Shown here: in pieces, positions 18,289-26,932 of the stretch
Position numbering within the stretch: position 1 is the stretch's first letter
Layout: each line of letters starts with the position of its first letter
Assembly (NCBI GenBank): GCA_031370005.1
Contig: JANMPT010000044.1
Coordinates: forward strand, 1 to 27,190
From: Bdellovibrionales bacterium
GTDB lineage: Bacteria; Bdellovibrionota; Bdellovibrionia; Bdellovibrionales; Bdellovibrionaceae
Reading direction: 5' to 3'
Length of the DNA: 27,190 nt
Translations under genes and position numbers: made by a program
Notes under the pieces: generated by a model
Database searches by the model: none
What the model saw: the letters and a program-made list of their open reading frames with translations, nothing else
What the model was told of the DNA's origin: nothing

Positions 18289-19592
18289 CACGCGCGAAAC
18301 GAAACGGTGAATCTTGAACCTCGACCAACTTCGCCACTGAGTTCGATATGCCCGCCATGAATTTCGGCGATAGACTTCGCAATCGCAAGCCCTAGGCCAA
18401 GACCTCCAGCCTCCCTAGACCGAGCAGAATCAACGCGGTAGAAGCGCTCAAAAATCAGACCAGCGTGTTCTGTATCAATTCCAGGACCGGTATCCTCGAC
18501 AGAGACTTTGAAGTGACCGCTATCCCTAGCATAGGAAATTTCGATCCGTCCTCCGGCGGGAGTAAACTTGATGGCGTTTGCCACAAGGTTTCCAATAGCC
18601 TGCTGGAAAAGGGCCTTGTTCGCCGTGACCTCAAAATCTGCTTCACGATCTTGAAATACTATTTTCAATCCTCGCTCATCAGCCGCAGCCTCATAAAACT
18701 CAATGACCCCTTTAAGCTCGTCACGAACCGAAAACGTACTTTGACTAAGCGTGAACTCTTTTTGTTCAACGCGTGTAACGAACAAGAGCCCATCAATGAT
18801 CTTCTTCATACGGTCGAGTTCCTCTAAGCTTGAACTCATCGTTTCGACGTACTCGTGTTTTTCCCGCTCGCGAGAAAGAGCGATCTCGATTTCGCCGCGC
18901 AAATTGCTAAGCGGCGTTCTCAGCTCATGAGCTAAGTCGTCAGAAAACTGCGCTAGCCTTTTCATGTTATTCTCTAAAGGTCTAAGAGCATTTTTCGCGA
19001 GCGTGTATCCGATTGTGGGAGATAGAATGAGCGACACCAGAAGAGCCAAAACCATTAGGCGCCCATACCCCTTTAAGATACTCTCATCGCCCGTTCGGTC
19101 CATCCAGACTTCAACATAGTACCCACCCACGCTATTGGTGGGATTAAGCCCGCGAAGCGCTCGAAATTCGCGGTCGTCTTTGGTTTCGATCTTTAAAATC
19201 TCATAGGTAGTTTCTTTCCTCCTGAGTTTCACCGAGCCCGGTGCTAAAAACTGTTGCTCAATGTCTGGTGAGCTAGAGAAAACCGTATGGTGGTTTACGT
19301 CCTGAACGTGGACGTAGAAAAAGGCTTTGCTTTCCTTTTTGCCTGAGCCGATTTGTTTCTCAAATTCGGCATCGCGCGGTCCATAAAGATCAAGTAAACG
19401 AATGACGGACTCGTATTTCTGCACCAGAAACTCGTCATCCTCCTGCTCAAGATTGTGCTTAAAGCCGAAGTAAATGATCAGAGTGACGACCACAATGAAT
19501 AAAAAAAATGAAAGTGACTGAATGAGAGTGAGTTTGACAAGCAGGCGATGAATCTTATCGGAGCTGGGCCTACCCCCGATTTTCCAAAACAT
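18288..19592 (-). CDS. CusS/CzcS-like heavy-metal sensor histidine kinase with most of the HAMP linker absent
   Basis: Two TMs, H-box [11 protein letters not shown]-box [21 protein letters not shown] and GLGLGLAIA. Confidence 0.92.
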   Translation of the reverse strand: MFWKIGGRPSSDKIHRLLVKLTLIQSLSFFLFIVVVTLIIYFGFKHNLEQEDDEFLVQKYESVIRLLDLYGPRDAEFEKQIGSGKKESKAFFYVHVQDVNHHTVFSSSPDIEQQFLAPGSVKLRRKETTYEILKIETKDDREFRALRGLNPTNSVGGYYVEVWMDRTGDESILKGYGRLMVLALLVSLILSPTIGYTLAKNALRPLENNMKRLAQFSDDLAHELRTPLSNLRGEIEIALSREREKHEYVETMSSSLEELDRMKKIIDGLLFVTRVEQKEFTLSQSTFSVRDELKGVIEFYEAAADERGLKIVFQDREADFEVTANKALFQQAIGNLVANAIKFTPAGGRIEISYARDSGHFKVSVEDTGPGIDTEHAGLIFERFYRVDSARSREAGGLGLGLAIAKSIAEIHGGHIELSGEVGRGSRFTVSFRA

Positions 19593-20244
19593 AGCCTCGT
19601 CCTCTCATCGTATGGATTAATTTCAATTCAAACGGGTCATCTACTTTCGCCCTAAGTCTCCGTATATGAACATCGACCACGTTTGTGTCGCTATCAAAAT
19701 TCATGTTCCACACCTGTTCGGAGATGATCGTGCGGGAAAGTACTTCTCCCGTTTTTTGGGCAAGGAGGGTGAGAAGCATGAACTCCTTTGCGGTTAGATC
19801 AAGCGGCTTCCCAACTCTTGTTGCTCTCTGCTTGAGGAGATCAATTTCGAGATCCGCTACTTGAATTTTATTGGAGCCGCCCGAAGTTCGACGGCGCAGA
19901 ACACTCCGCACTCTTGCCAATAATTCAGAGAAGGCAAAAGGCTTAGTAAGGTAGTCATCGGCCCCCATTTCAAGGCCCTTGACTCGATCATCCACGGAAT
20001 CCCTCGCGGTAAGAAAAAGAACTGGAACTTCAATCCGGTTCTTTCGCATCTCTTGCATAATTCTCCAGCCGTCGATTCCAGGAAGCATTACATCGAGAAT
20101 TACGAGCGAGTAAGGTTCGGTGAGGGCGAGATGAAGCCCGTTCTCTCCGTTCTGCTCGCAGTCAACGGCATAGCCATTCTCCTTCAAACCCTTTTCGATA
20201 AAGGCGCGCATCTTGGACTCGTCTTCAACTACGAGAATTCTCAT
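19570..20244 (-). CDS. CusR/CzcR-like OmpR-family response regulator
   Basis: [26 protein letters not shown] and [27 protein letters not shown]. Confidence 0.95.
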   Translation of the reverse strand: MRILVVEDESKMRAFIEKGLKENGYAVDCEQNGENGLHLALTEPYSLVILDVMLPGIDGWRIMQEMRKNRIEVPVLFLTARDSVDDRVKGLEMGADDYLTKPFAFSELLARVRSVLRRRTSGGSNKIQVADLEIDLLKQRATRVGKPLDLTAKEFMLLTLLAQKTGEVLSRTIISEQVWNMNFDSDTNVVDVHIRRLRAKVDDPFELKLIHTMRGRGYVLENRG

Positions 20245-20350
20245 GGCTTGAATTTTCTAATTAAGGGTTTCAGTGAATAGCTCATTGGATTGAATCCTAG
20301 CGCATTTAATGGCCTCGGGACAAGCGCAAGTTGCCGAGCCTTCATCCAGG

Positions 20351-20368
20351 ATGACAATTCCGTAATCT
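20351..20368. promoter_or_regulatory. Single CusR/CzcR-type box between the response regulator and the divergent MFS gene
   Basis: atgacaattccgtaatct matches the distal half of the two other boxes. Confidence 0.6.
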
Positions 20369-20479
20369 AACGGCCCAGTGACTTCTATTGCGTCAGCCGA
20401 TACTGTAGCTCTGGCCCTATACGTGACAGATTTAGAAGCTTACGGCAAACAAGTCGAGGCGTGAGAAGAGGTTTGAAAC

Positions 20480-20963
20480 ATGAATGTAGCGAAAGTGAAA
20501 ATGCCACGCGGGATTTGGGCTCTAGGCTTAGTGAGCCTTCTTATGGATACGTCCTCGGAACTTGTCCACGGGCTCCTTCCAGTGTTTCTCGTTTCAGTCC
20601 TCGGTGCGAGCCACACAACGGTTGGCGTAATTGAAGGATTTGGCGAAGCCTCCGCCCTTATGCTCAAAGTCTTCTCTGGTCCACTTAGTGATTGGTGGGG
20701 AAAGCGAAAGCCCTTAGTGCTTCTCGGCTACCTTAGCAGCATTAGTTGCCGATCACTGCCCCGTAGAATTCCGCGGAACTGCCTATGGCGTTTTTAACTT
20801 GTTCAGTGCCATTGCGCTGCTGCTTGCAAGCTCGGTCGCTGGACTTCTTTGGGATCAATTTGGCCCGAAGACAACATTTCTCGTGTCCGGGTCGATGGCA
20901 CTTCTCGGATTTCTAATTTTGTTTGGATTCTCATTTGCTGGGAAATTTCATCGTACCGATTAG
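20480..20963 (+). pseudogene. MFS transporter with a large internal deletion and frameshift
   Basis: The N-terminus (LGLVSLLMDTSSE...GPLSDWWGKRKPLVLLGY) is joined near 20731, out of frame, to a C-terminal MFS segment (LAALVADHCPVEFRGTAYGVFN...AGLLWDQFG...HRTD*, TAG at 20961-20963). Confidence 0.85.
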
Positions 20964-21300
20964 GGCGATTTGCGGACTCGGTGGGCGCTTGGCAGGAAAA
21001 GCGGCGGGTCTTGCTGCTTTTGCAACAGCGAGATACCGTCCGCCGCGAATAAATTCTAAGAGTGACTCTTAATTATCCAGACTCCGAGTTGAATCACTCC
21101 GACAACTATCGCAATGATCCACGTTCGCTTCATCCCAAGGACAAATCTGTAGTCCTTCATCTGTTATGGGAAGTGCTGGATTATGTGGATTCTTATATTT
21201 ATTAAAGTAGTTTCAGCGCTCTACGGCCACATCACTACACATAATTCCTCCTCGGATACATTGGGAGGAGAACTCATGGGGTACCTTGCTGGCGAGGTCG

Positions 21301-21921
21301 CTACTTCGTCGCCTTTGAATCGAGCATAGACTTTTTCATCAGATCCGCGAAAGACTTGTACGTCGCTTCGTCAACGATCTGCTGGCGATAGGTCGAGTGG
21401 CAGGTCGTACACCGATTAAGAGTGTTGTTGAGTCCGGTAATGACTCCTAGCTGATCCCGCTTTTCGGCAAAGCGCGCAATCTCGTCAGCCGATTTATGGA
21501 ATTGGATGGCTTGCTCCGTGAAGCCAGCAGCTCCGGCTCCCATGTGCTCACACATGTTTCCCATCTCTTCGGAAAAACCCATCCGTTTTGCTGCTGCCGC
21601 GATGGCCTTAAAGTCTTTTTTTGAGAGCCCGGAGATGATTCCCTGAACGGCTTCCAGGTGTTCACGCATATTCTGTTTTTGATGGTTGGCCATATAGGGA
21701 GGCATGGGCACGGGGGTTCGTGTATCGAGCTGATTTAGTTCCTCAACCGGGCCAGCGAGAGAGGGAACGGCCCCACTTTTCTTGTTCATCTGTTGCATGT
21801 GCTTTTCGTGCATGGCCTTCATGTCGGCGGTATCATCGGCGTGGGCCGCCATTGATGACATAGCAGCGATGGTGGAAATAATTAAGAACACAAATCGAGA
21901 GCGACGCATAAACTTCTCCAT
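21301..21921 (-). CDS. Exported class II (cytochrome c'-like) c-type cytochrome with a Met/His-rich N-terminus
   Basis: Signal peptide ending AHA, MKAMHEKHMQQM, helical core and C-proximal CTTCH. Confidence 0.8.
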   Translation of the reverse strand: MEKFMRRSRFVFLIISTIAAMSSMAAHADDTADMKAMHEKHMQQMNKKSGAVPSLAGPVEELNQLDTRTPVPMPPYMANHQKQNMREHLEAVQGIISGLSKKDFKAIAAAAKRMGFSEEMGNMCEHMGAGAAGFTEQAIQFHKSADEIARFAEKRDQLGVITGLNNTLNRCTTCHSTYRQQIVDEATYKSFADLMKKSMLDSKATK

Positions 21922-22006
21922 TTAGAACCGACGGCCCATGGCGGTCGATTCCACTTTTTCCTCTTCATTTAGAGGAGTGTTGGCCTTTCGAATGGCACTC
22001 GTTAAC

Positions 22007-24017
22007 AACCCAACGACGCGGATAAAAACCGCTCGGTTTCATAAGATTCTAGTCTGGGCCGCGAGTGCCGTCGGTTTGGACCCAATTCTTTGCCACCAAT
22101 TTGGTGGTGCCTAATTTTTTAGCTTTTTAATTTGTTTCCAAGTTTTGAATTTTATTTTATCTTTGGCTCGTTTTTGAACCGAGGAGGCAAAGATGATTCG
22201 CCAAGAGCGACGTCGGGTTGAGAGGGAGCTAAAGAGCATCAAGATATTACCGAGCAGTGAAAAGCTGACCGCCAGCACTGGCATCGGAGTTTTGGTAGAG
22301 ATGCTGTTTAAAAGTCCGTTCATGAATGAGATTGCCAAGTTTTTACCAGAACGGATTTCGCACCGTTCACTGGGAAGTCCATTTCTGGCACTGACTGTAG
22401 TAGCGGCGCACTTGATGGGGGCTGAAAGTATTGAGGATATTGAGGAGCTCCGGGATGATGAGTTTTTAATCGGCCTCTTTGGCGGCGACGTACCAGCGCC
22501 CAGAACGATCATTGATTTTCTAAATGACTTTGAACCGGCTCACATTGAGGGTTTGAACTTTGTATTAAACTCCATGGGAAAAACCCTGCACTCATTACTA
22601 CAGGAAGAGCATCCTAGTAAAGTTCAGCAAGAACGAATCATTGATATCGATTCAACTTATCATACGCATTACGGTGAATTGATCGAAGGCGTTACGTGGA
22701 ACTATAAGAACGAGTGGTCTTTAGAATCCCAGAGTGCTTTTAGTTCATTGGGCTTTTGCCATCATGTGTGGTTGAGACCCGGCAATACCAAATCGGGCAC
22801 TCATGCAAACGTCATGATCAACAATATCTTTACAGATTCAAAGCTTCAGCTAGAGAGAAAAAGAAGGGGCTTGGATTTTACTCGCATGGATTCAGCCTTT
22901 TGCAATCAAGATACGATCAAGGCCTGCATGAGTGAGGGGCTATTCTTTACTATCACGGCCAATAAAGCCACGACTTTTTGGCATCAATTAATGGATCAAC
23001 AAGGTATTGATTGGCAAGCCTGGAAGTGGTCAGAAAAAGAACTTGCAAGGTTTGAAAAGACTTCGACTCAACCACCGCAAATAGAGCTTGGCCGCATCTG
23101 GTGGCGACCTTCGTGGGGAGAAGAGAAATTATTATTCCCAATTATTGTGAAAAGGACCTGGAAGAGTTTTTGTAAAATAAAAGAGAAGAGAAAAAAAGAA
23201 CAAGGGCTGTTATTTTATCCGGAAAGCACTGAAGAGCAAGGCGGCTGGGATTATTATGCTGTCGTCACCAATATGGATCTGACCAAATGGTCCTATCAAG
23301 AGATCATGCTTCATCACCAAGCCAGAGCATCGAGTGAGAACATGAACAAGGAAGCTAAGTACGGCTACCGGCTTAATAATTTTCCTTGCAGGCAACTAGT
23401 AGCTAATCAAGCCTGGTATATGTTTGCGATGATTGCGCACAATCTATTGCGTTTTGTAAGTCTCATGGACAATCCCGAGAGTCCAATGATGGCCAAGAAA
23501 ACCAGAAGAAAATTTATTAATTTTCCATCTAAGTTCCTAGCCCGAGCAAAAGGCCTGTGGCTAAGGGTTCCACTGACATTTTTTAAGGGGGTGATTGAGA
23601 AAATAGCAGGTTGGCAGTTCCTAGAACGAGTGTCTGCTCATATGTTTTCCACAGCTTAAAATGTGGAAAAGTCATTGCGATCTCTGACAATCGAATAGAA
23701 TCAAATTTTGTTTTTTTGAAATTTGAGGAGGATTCGGTGTGGGTCAGGGATTTGAACTTTACGCGAAACGCTTACCACTTAAAAACTACACTCCGCATAG
23801 GAGTTGATGGATCTCCATTATCAAAATCATCCAAGAGCCCTGACGATGAGCACGCTCTGGTTCCACCACTCATCAGAAAGTTCCAGGTTAGACGCCAAAT
23901 TTTGGGCATAGCTGTACCTCCCGCCGTTTTTCGCGGCATGGGAAAAAAGTTTTTGTTTTTTTCATTTTCAAATCTGAAAAATCGAGGATTGATGCGGCTT
24001 ATCCGCGCCGTTGGGTT
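22007..24017 (+). mobile_element. IS1380-family insertion sequence, about 2.0 kb
   Basis: Inverted repeats aacccaacgacgcggataa (22007-22025) and ttatccgcgccgttgggtt (23999-24017) match at 18/19 and enclose a single DDE transposase. No perfect target duplication is visible. Confidence 0.75.
22193..23659 (+). CDS. IS1380-family DDE transposase
   Basis: IDIDST, LRPGN, RMDSAF, RASSENMNKEAK and ANQAWY...AHNL; RBS gaggagg. Confidence 0.92.
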   Translation: MIRQERRRVERELKSIKILPSSEKLTASTGIGVLVEMLFKSPFMNEIAKFLPERISHRSLGSPFLALTVVAAHLMGAESIEDIEELRDDEFLIGLFGGDVPAPRTIIDFLNDFEPAHIEGLNFVLNSMGKTLHSLLQEEHPSKVQQERIIDIDSTYHTHYGELIEGVTWNYKNEWSLESQSAFSSLGFCHHVWLRPGNTKSGTHANVMINNIFTDSKLQLERKRRGLDFTRMDSAFCNQDTIKACMSEGLFFTITANKATTFWHQLMDQQGIDWQAWKWSEKELARFEKTSTQPPQIELGRIWWRPSWGEEKLLFPIIVKRTWKSFCKIKEKRKKEQGLLFYPESTEEQGGWDYYAVVTNMDLTKWSYQEIMLHHQARASSENMNKEAKYGYRLNNFPCRQLVANQAWYMFAMIAHNLLRFVSLMDNPESPMMAKKTRRKFINFPSKFLARAKGLWLRVPLTFFKGVIEKIAGWQFLERVSAHMFSTA

Positions 24018-24086
24018 TAAAGTAAATGGGAAAATTGAAAGATTCCTGTCACTTAGGCCTTTGCCAAATTCTCAAAAAAGAGGAAA

Positions 24087-24163
24087 TGGCGGGGTGGACG
24101 GGACTCGAACCCGCGGCCTTCCGCGTGACAGGCGGACGTTATAACCAACTTAACTACCACCCC
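24087..24163 (-). tRNA. tRNA-Asp(GTC), 77 nt with encoded CCA
   Basis: Acceptor stem GGGGTGG/CCACCCC, anticodon arm CCGCCT-GTC-ACGCGG, T-loop GGTTCGAGTCC. Confidence 0.97.
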
Positions 24164-24176
24164 GCATTGAGGACCA

Positions 24177-24205
24177 TTTATACTGATCTCATAGCTTCTA
24201 TTCAA
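24177..24205 (-). promoter_or_regulatory. Sigma70-type promoter of tRNA-Asp
   Basis: TTGAAT, 17-nt spacer, TATAAA, ending 13 nt upstream of the mature tRNA. Confidence 0.65.
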
Positions 24206-24470
24206 CAAGATTTTGCGGTGAATTAATCAAAAAAATAGAAAAATAAGCCTTTTCATTGTTTTGCTAGTTGTTTAAGCAAATTTAAGACAGTGGTGCGCAG
24301 CTTTAGTTGCAACAAAATAAATAGATTTAAAAGGTGATGGACTGTATTTAATTATGTGTTTTTGGATCATATCCCCGTAATAAAAAACTCGAAAAAATCA
24401 AAAAAAATTTGTTTTAGTGAAGCTTTACTCTGCTTGCTTTGCTATCAAATGTTTATTTTAATGAACAACG

Positions 24471-24863
24471 ATGGTAGGCAAAAGGCGTGGACGACTCCTT
24501 ATTATTGATGACGAAGCTGATCTCAGAGAGGTGCTAATAGCCCTCCTCGAGGACCACATTCTTGATATTGTCCAAGCCTCTAATGGCATGGAGGGAATCG
24601 ACATCCTCGGCAGTCAAGACTTCGACGCCGTCCTCTCTGATGAGAAAATGCCTAAAAAGTCAGGCCTTGAGGTCCTAAAGTGGATGCGCGAGCAAGGCTT
24701 AAATACTCCCTTCGTTATACATTCAGGCTATCGCTATAAAGATATGGTTTCTGAAGCCAGTCGACTTGGTGCCTTTGCTTTTATTGACAAACCATGGGAT
24801 GAAAATAAGCTCATTCAAACTGTCTGTGACGCGATAGATGTCGGACTAGCAAAGAAGTACTAA
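24471..24863 (+). CDS. Single-domain (receiver-only) response regulator
   Basis: LLIIDDE, SDEKMP, SG and DKPW motifs; no output domain. Confidence 0.88.
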   Translation: MVGKRRGRLLIIDDEADLREVLIALLEDHILDIVQASNGMEGIDILGSQDFDAVLSDEKMPKKSGLEVLKWMREQGLNTPFVIHSGYRYKDMVSEASRLGAFAFIDKPWDENKLIQTVCDAIDVGLAKKY

Positions 24864-25393
24864 TGGAAAAATTATTTTGGATTGATATGGAGATGACGGG
24901 GCTCGACGTTAAAAAAGAGGTCATCATCGAGGTGGCCGCAATCATCACTGATTTTGATTTTCAAGAGCTCGATCAACTTGAAACCGTCGTAAGGCAACCG
25001 CAAACCTATCTCGACAATATGGATAGCTGGAATACAGAGCACCATAAAAAATCGGGACTCACGGCTAAGGTTCCCTATGGAATGGCACTGGATCTTGTCG
25101 AAGCAAAACTTTGCGACCTTGCCAAAAAGCACTTCCCCGACTCTAGACATAAGCCTATTTTGGCCGGCAACTCAATAAGCCAAGATCGTCTATTTATCGA
25201 TAAATACATGCCTGAGTTCGGTGAAAGGCTGCACTATCGGATTGTTGATGTTAGCTCATGGAAAGTGATCATGAATAAAAAATTTGGTGTCACTTATAGT
25301 AAGTCAAATCAACATCGCGCTTTGGATGATATCCGTGAGAGCATTCAAGAGCTCAAGGCCTATTGCCAATTTGTCGAAGTCCCTAAGAAATAA
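24863..25393 (+). CDS. orn: Oligoribonuclease
   Basis: WIDMEMTGL, LAGNSISQDR, HYRIVDVSS and HRALDDIRESI (DEDDh). Confidence 0.95.
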   Translation: MEKLFWIDMEMTGLDVKKEVIIEVAAIITDFDFQELDQLETVVRQPQTYLDNMDSWNTEHHKKSGLTAKVPYGMALDLVEAKLCDLAKKHFPDSRHKPILAGNSISQDRLFIDKYMPEFGERLHYRIVDVSSWKVIMNKKFGVTYSKSNQHRALDDIRESIQELKAYCQFVEVPKK

Positions 25394-25437
25394 AAAAGTG
25401 CGAAAACACTAACATCCCACACACCCTAGAGATAGCT

Positions 25438-25462
25438 TCGCCGGCAGCTTAGCTGTCGGCGA
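25438..25462. terminator. GC-rich hairpin between convergent orn and ahcY (terminator or REP-like)
   Basis: tcgccggcagc-tta-gctgtcggcga forms an 11-bp stem with one G-U pair. No U-tract is immediately adjacent. Confidence 0.5.
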
Positions 25463-25483
25463 GCGGAGCACTTCTTTTCGCAA

Positions 25484-25512
25484 CGCAGTACTAAAAAGAA
25501 GGCCGTACCTTA
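25484..25512. repeat. 29-bp dispersed repeat, copy 2
   Basis: Identical to 2623-2651. It includes the TAA stop of ahcY. Confidence 0.9.
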
Positions 25513-26904
25513 ATAACGATAGTGTTCGGGTTTGAAGGGGCCTTCTGGTGACATGTGCAAATACTTTGATTGCTTGCCAGAGAGTTTTGTTAGTTTCACG
25601 CCTAGTTTTTCTAAGTGCAAAGCGGCCACTTTTTCGTCTAAATGCTTCGGAAGTCTATAAACAGCAATGTCCTGGTATTGGGGACGGTTCAAGAACAGCT
25701 CCATTTGAGCCAAGACTTGGTTTGTGAAGCTGTTAGACATTACAAAGCTGGGGTGCCCGGTTCCACAACCCAGGTTCACCAAACGGCCCTTGGCCAAGAG
25801 TATTACCTGCTTGCCGTTTTTCATCGTGTGAATATCAACTTGGGGTTTGATTTCACGGATTTTTGAATTTTTATTCAACCACGCCATATCAATTTCAATA
25901 TCGAAGTGACCGATATTGCAAACAATTGCGTTGTTCTTCATTTTAGCAAAATGCTTCTCTGTAATAATGTCACAGCAACCCGTTGCAGTAACAAAGATGT
26001 CAGCCACAGGAGCTGCGTCTTCCATAGTCGTAACTTCGTAGCCCTCCATTGCTGCTTGCAGTGCGCAGATAGGATCGATCTCGGTAATCAATACGCGAGC
26101 ACCCAAACCACGCATAGAATGCGCGCTGCCCTTACCTACATCGCCGTAGCCAGCAACCGCCACGATTTTACCAGCAACCATTGTGTCGGTCGCACGCTTA
26201 ATACCGTCCGCGAGTGACTCCCGACAACCATACAAGTTGTCAAATTTAGATTTTGTAACGGAATCATTAATGTTGATTGCCGGAACTTTCAATTTACCTT
26301 GCTTTAACATCTGCTCAAGATTGTGAACGCCCGTAGTCGTCTCTTCAGATATACCAATGATTTTCTTCATCTCTTTCGCGAAGCGCGGCTCGTGCATCAT
26401 ATTTGTGAGATCCCCGCCATCATCCAGTATCATATTAAAGCCATCTTTACCCCAGCCAGTGATCGTTTGCTCGATACACCAGTTAAACTCTTCTTCCGTT
26501 TCACCCTTCCAGGCGAACACAGGTATTCCAGCAGCGGCCACAGCAACAGCAGCATGATCTTGAGTAGAAAAGATATTACAAGATGACCAACGAATTTTCG
26601 CACCAAGCTCCACAAGCGTCTCAATCAGAACCGCTGTTTGAATTGTCATATGCAGGCAACCAGAGATATTGGCACCTTTTAATGGCTGTTGCTTTTTATA
26701 TTCTTTACGAAGCGCCATTAATCCCGGCATTTCAGTTTCAGCAATAGAGATCTCTTCCCGACCCCAACGCGCAAGCTCCGCAAATACCTTTGGGTTTTCC
26801 ATGGCCTCTTTGCAAACCATGTAATCTTTTTTTGTCATCGCCTTTGCGGTTTCTTTCATATTTTTTTTCATAGATAATTTCCCAGAGTTTATTGAGAGAG
26901 ACAT
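25510..26904 (-). CDS. ahcY: Adenosylhomocysteinase
   Basis: [43 protein letters not shown] and [13 protein letters not shown] aaagga. Confidence 0.98.
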   Translation of the reverse strand: MSLSINSGKLSMKKNMKETAKAMTKKDYMVCKEAMENPKVFAELARWGREEISIAETEMPGLMALRKEYKKQQPLKGANISGCLHMTIQTAVLIETLVELGAKIRWSSCNIFSTQDHAAVAVAAAGIPVFAWKGETEEEFNWCIEQTITGWGKDGFNMILDDGGDLTNMMHEPRFAKEMKKIIGISEETTTGVHNLEQMLKQGKLKVPAININDSVTKSKFDNLYGCRESLADGIKRATDTMVAGKIVAVAGYGDVGKGSAHSMRGLGARVLITEIDPICALQAAMEGYEVTTMEDAAPVADIFVTATGCCDIITEKHFAKMKNNAIVCNIGHFDIEIDMAWLNKNSKIREIKPQVDIHTMKNGKQVILLAKGRLVNLGCGTGHPSFVMSNSFTNQVLAQMELFLNRPQYQDIAVYRLPKHLDEKVAALHLEKLGVKLTKLSGKQSKYLHMSPEGPFKPEHYRY

Positions 26905-26932
26905 TCTTAGTCCTTTGTTTATTTTTTTGTTA

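Noticed and set aside
23838..23880. Hammerhead ribozyme core (ctgacga...gaaa)
   Set aside because: GAAA does not directly follow the putative stem II, and I could not build stems I and III. It is more simply a hairpin.
22110..23987. Alternative IS ends cctaattttttag and ctgaaaaatcgagg
   Set aside because: They match only with a gap and are low complexity. The outer 18/19 inverted repeat is much stronger, though the exact ends need an empty-site comparison.
22007..24017. Integron attC sites (acccaac...gttgggt resemble the R'' and R' boxes)
   Set aside because: The halves are 2 kb apart around a transposase, neither closes a local attC hairpin, and there is no intI or cassette array. They fit better as IS terminal repeats.
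23611..24226. ORFs of 177 aa and 66 aa on the + strand
   Set aside because: They cross the IS end and run antisense through tRNA-Asp with no recognisable motifs, so they are treated as shadow ORFs.
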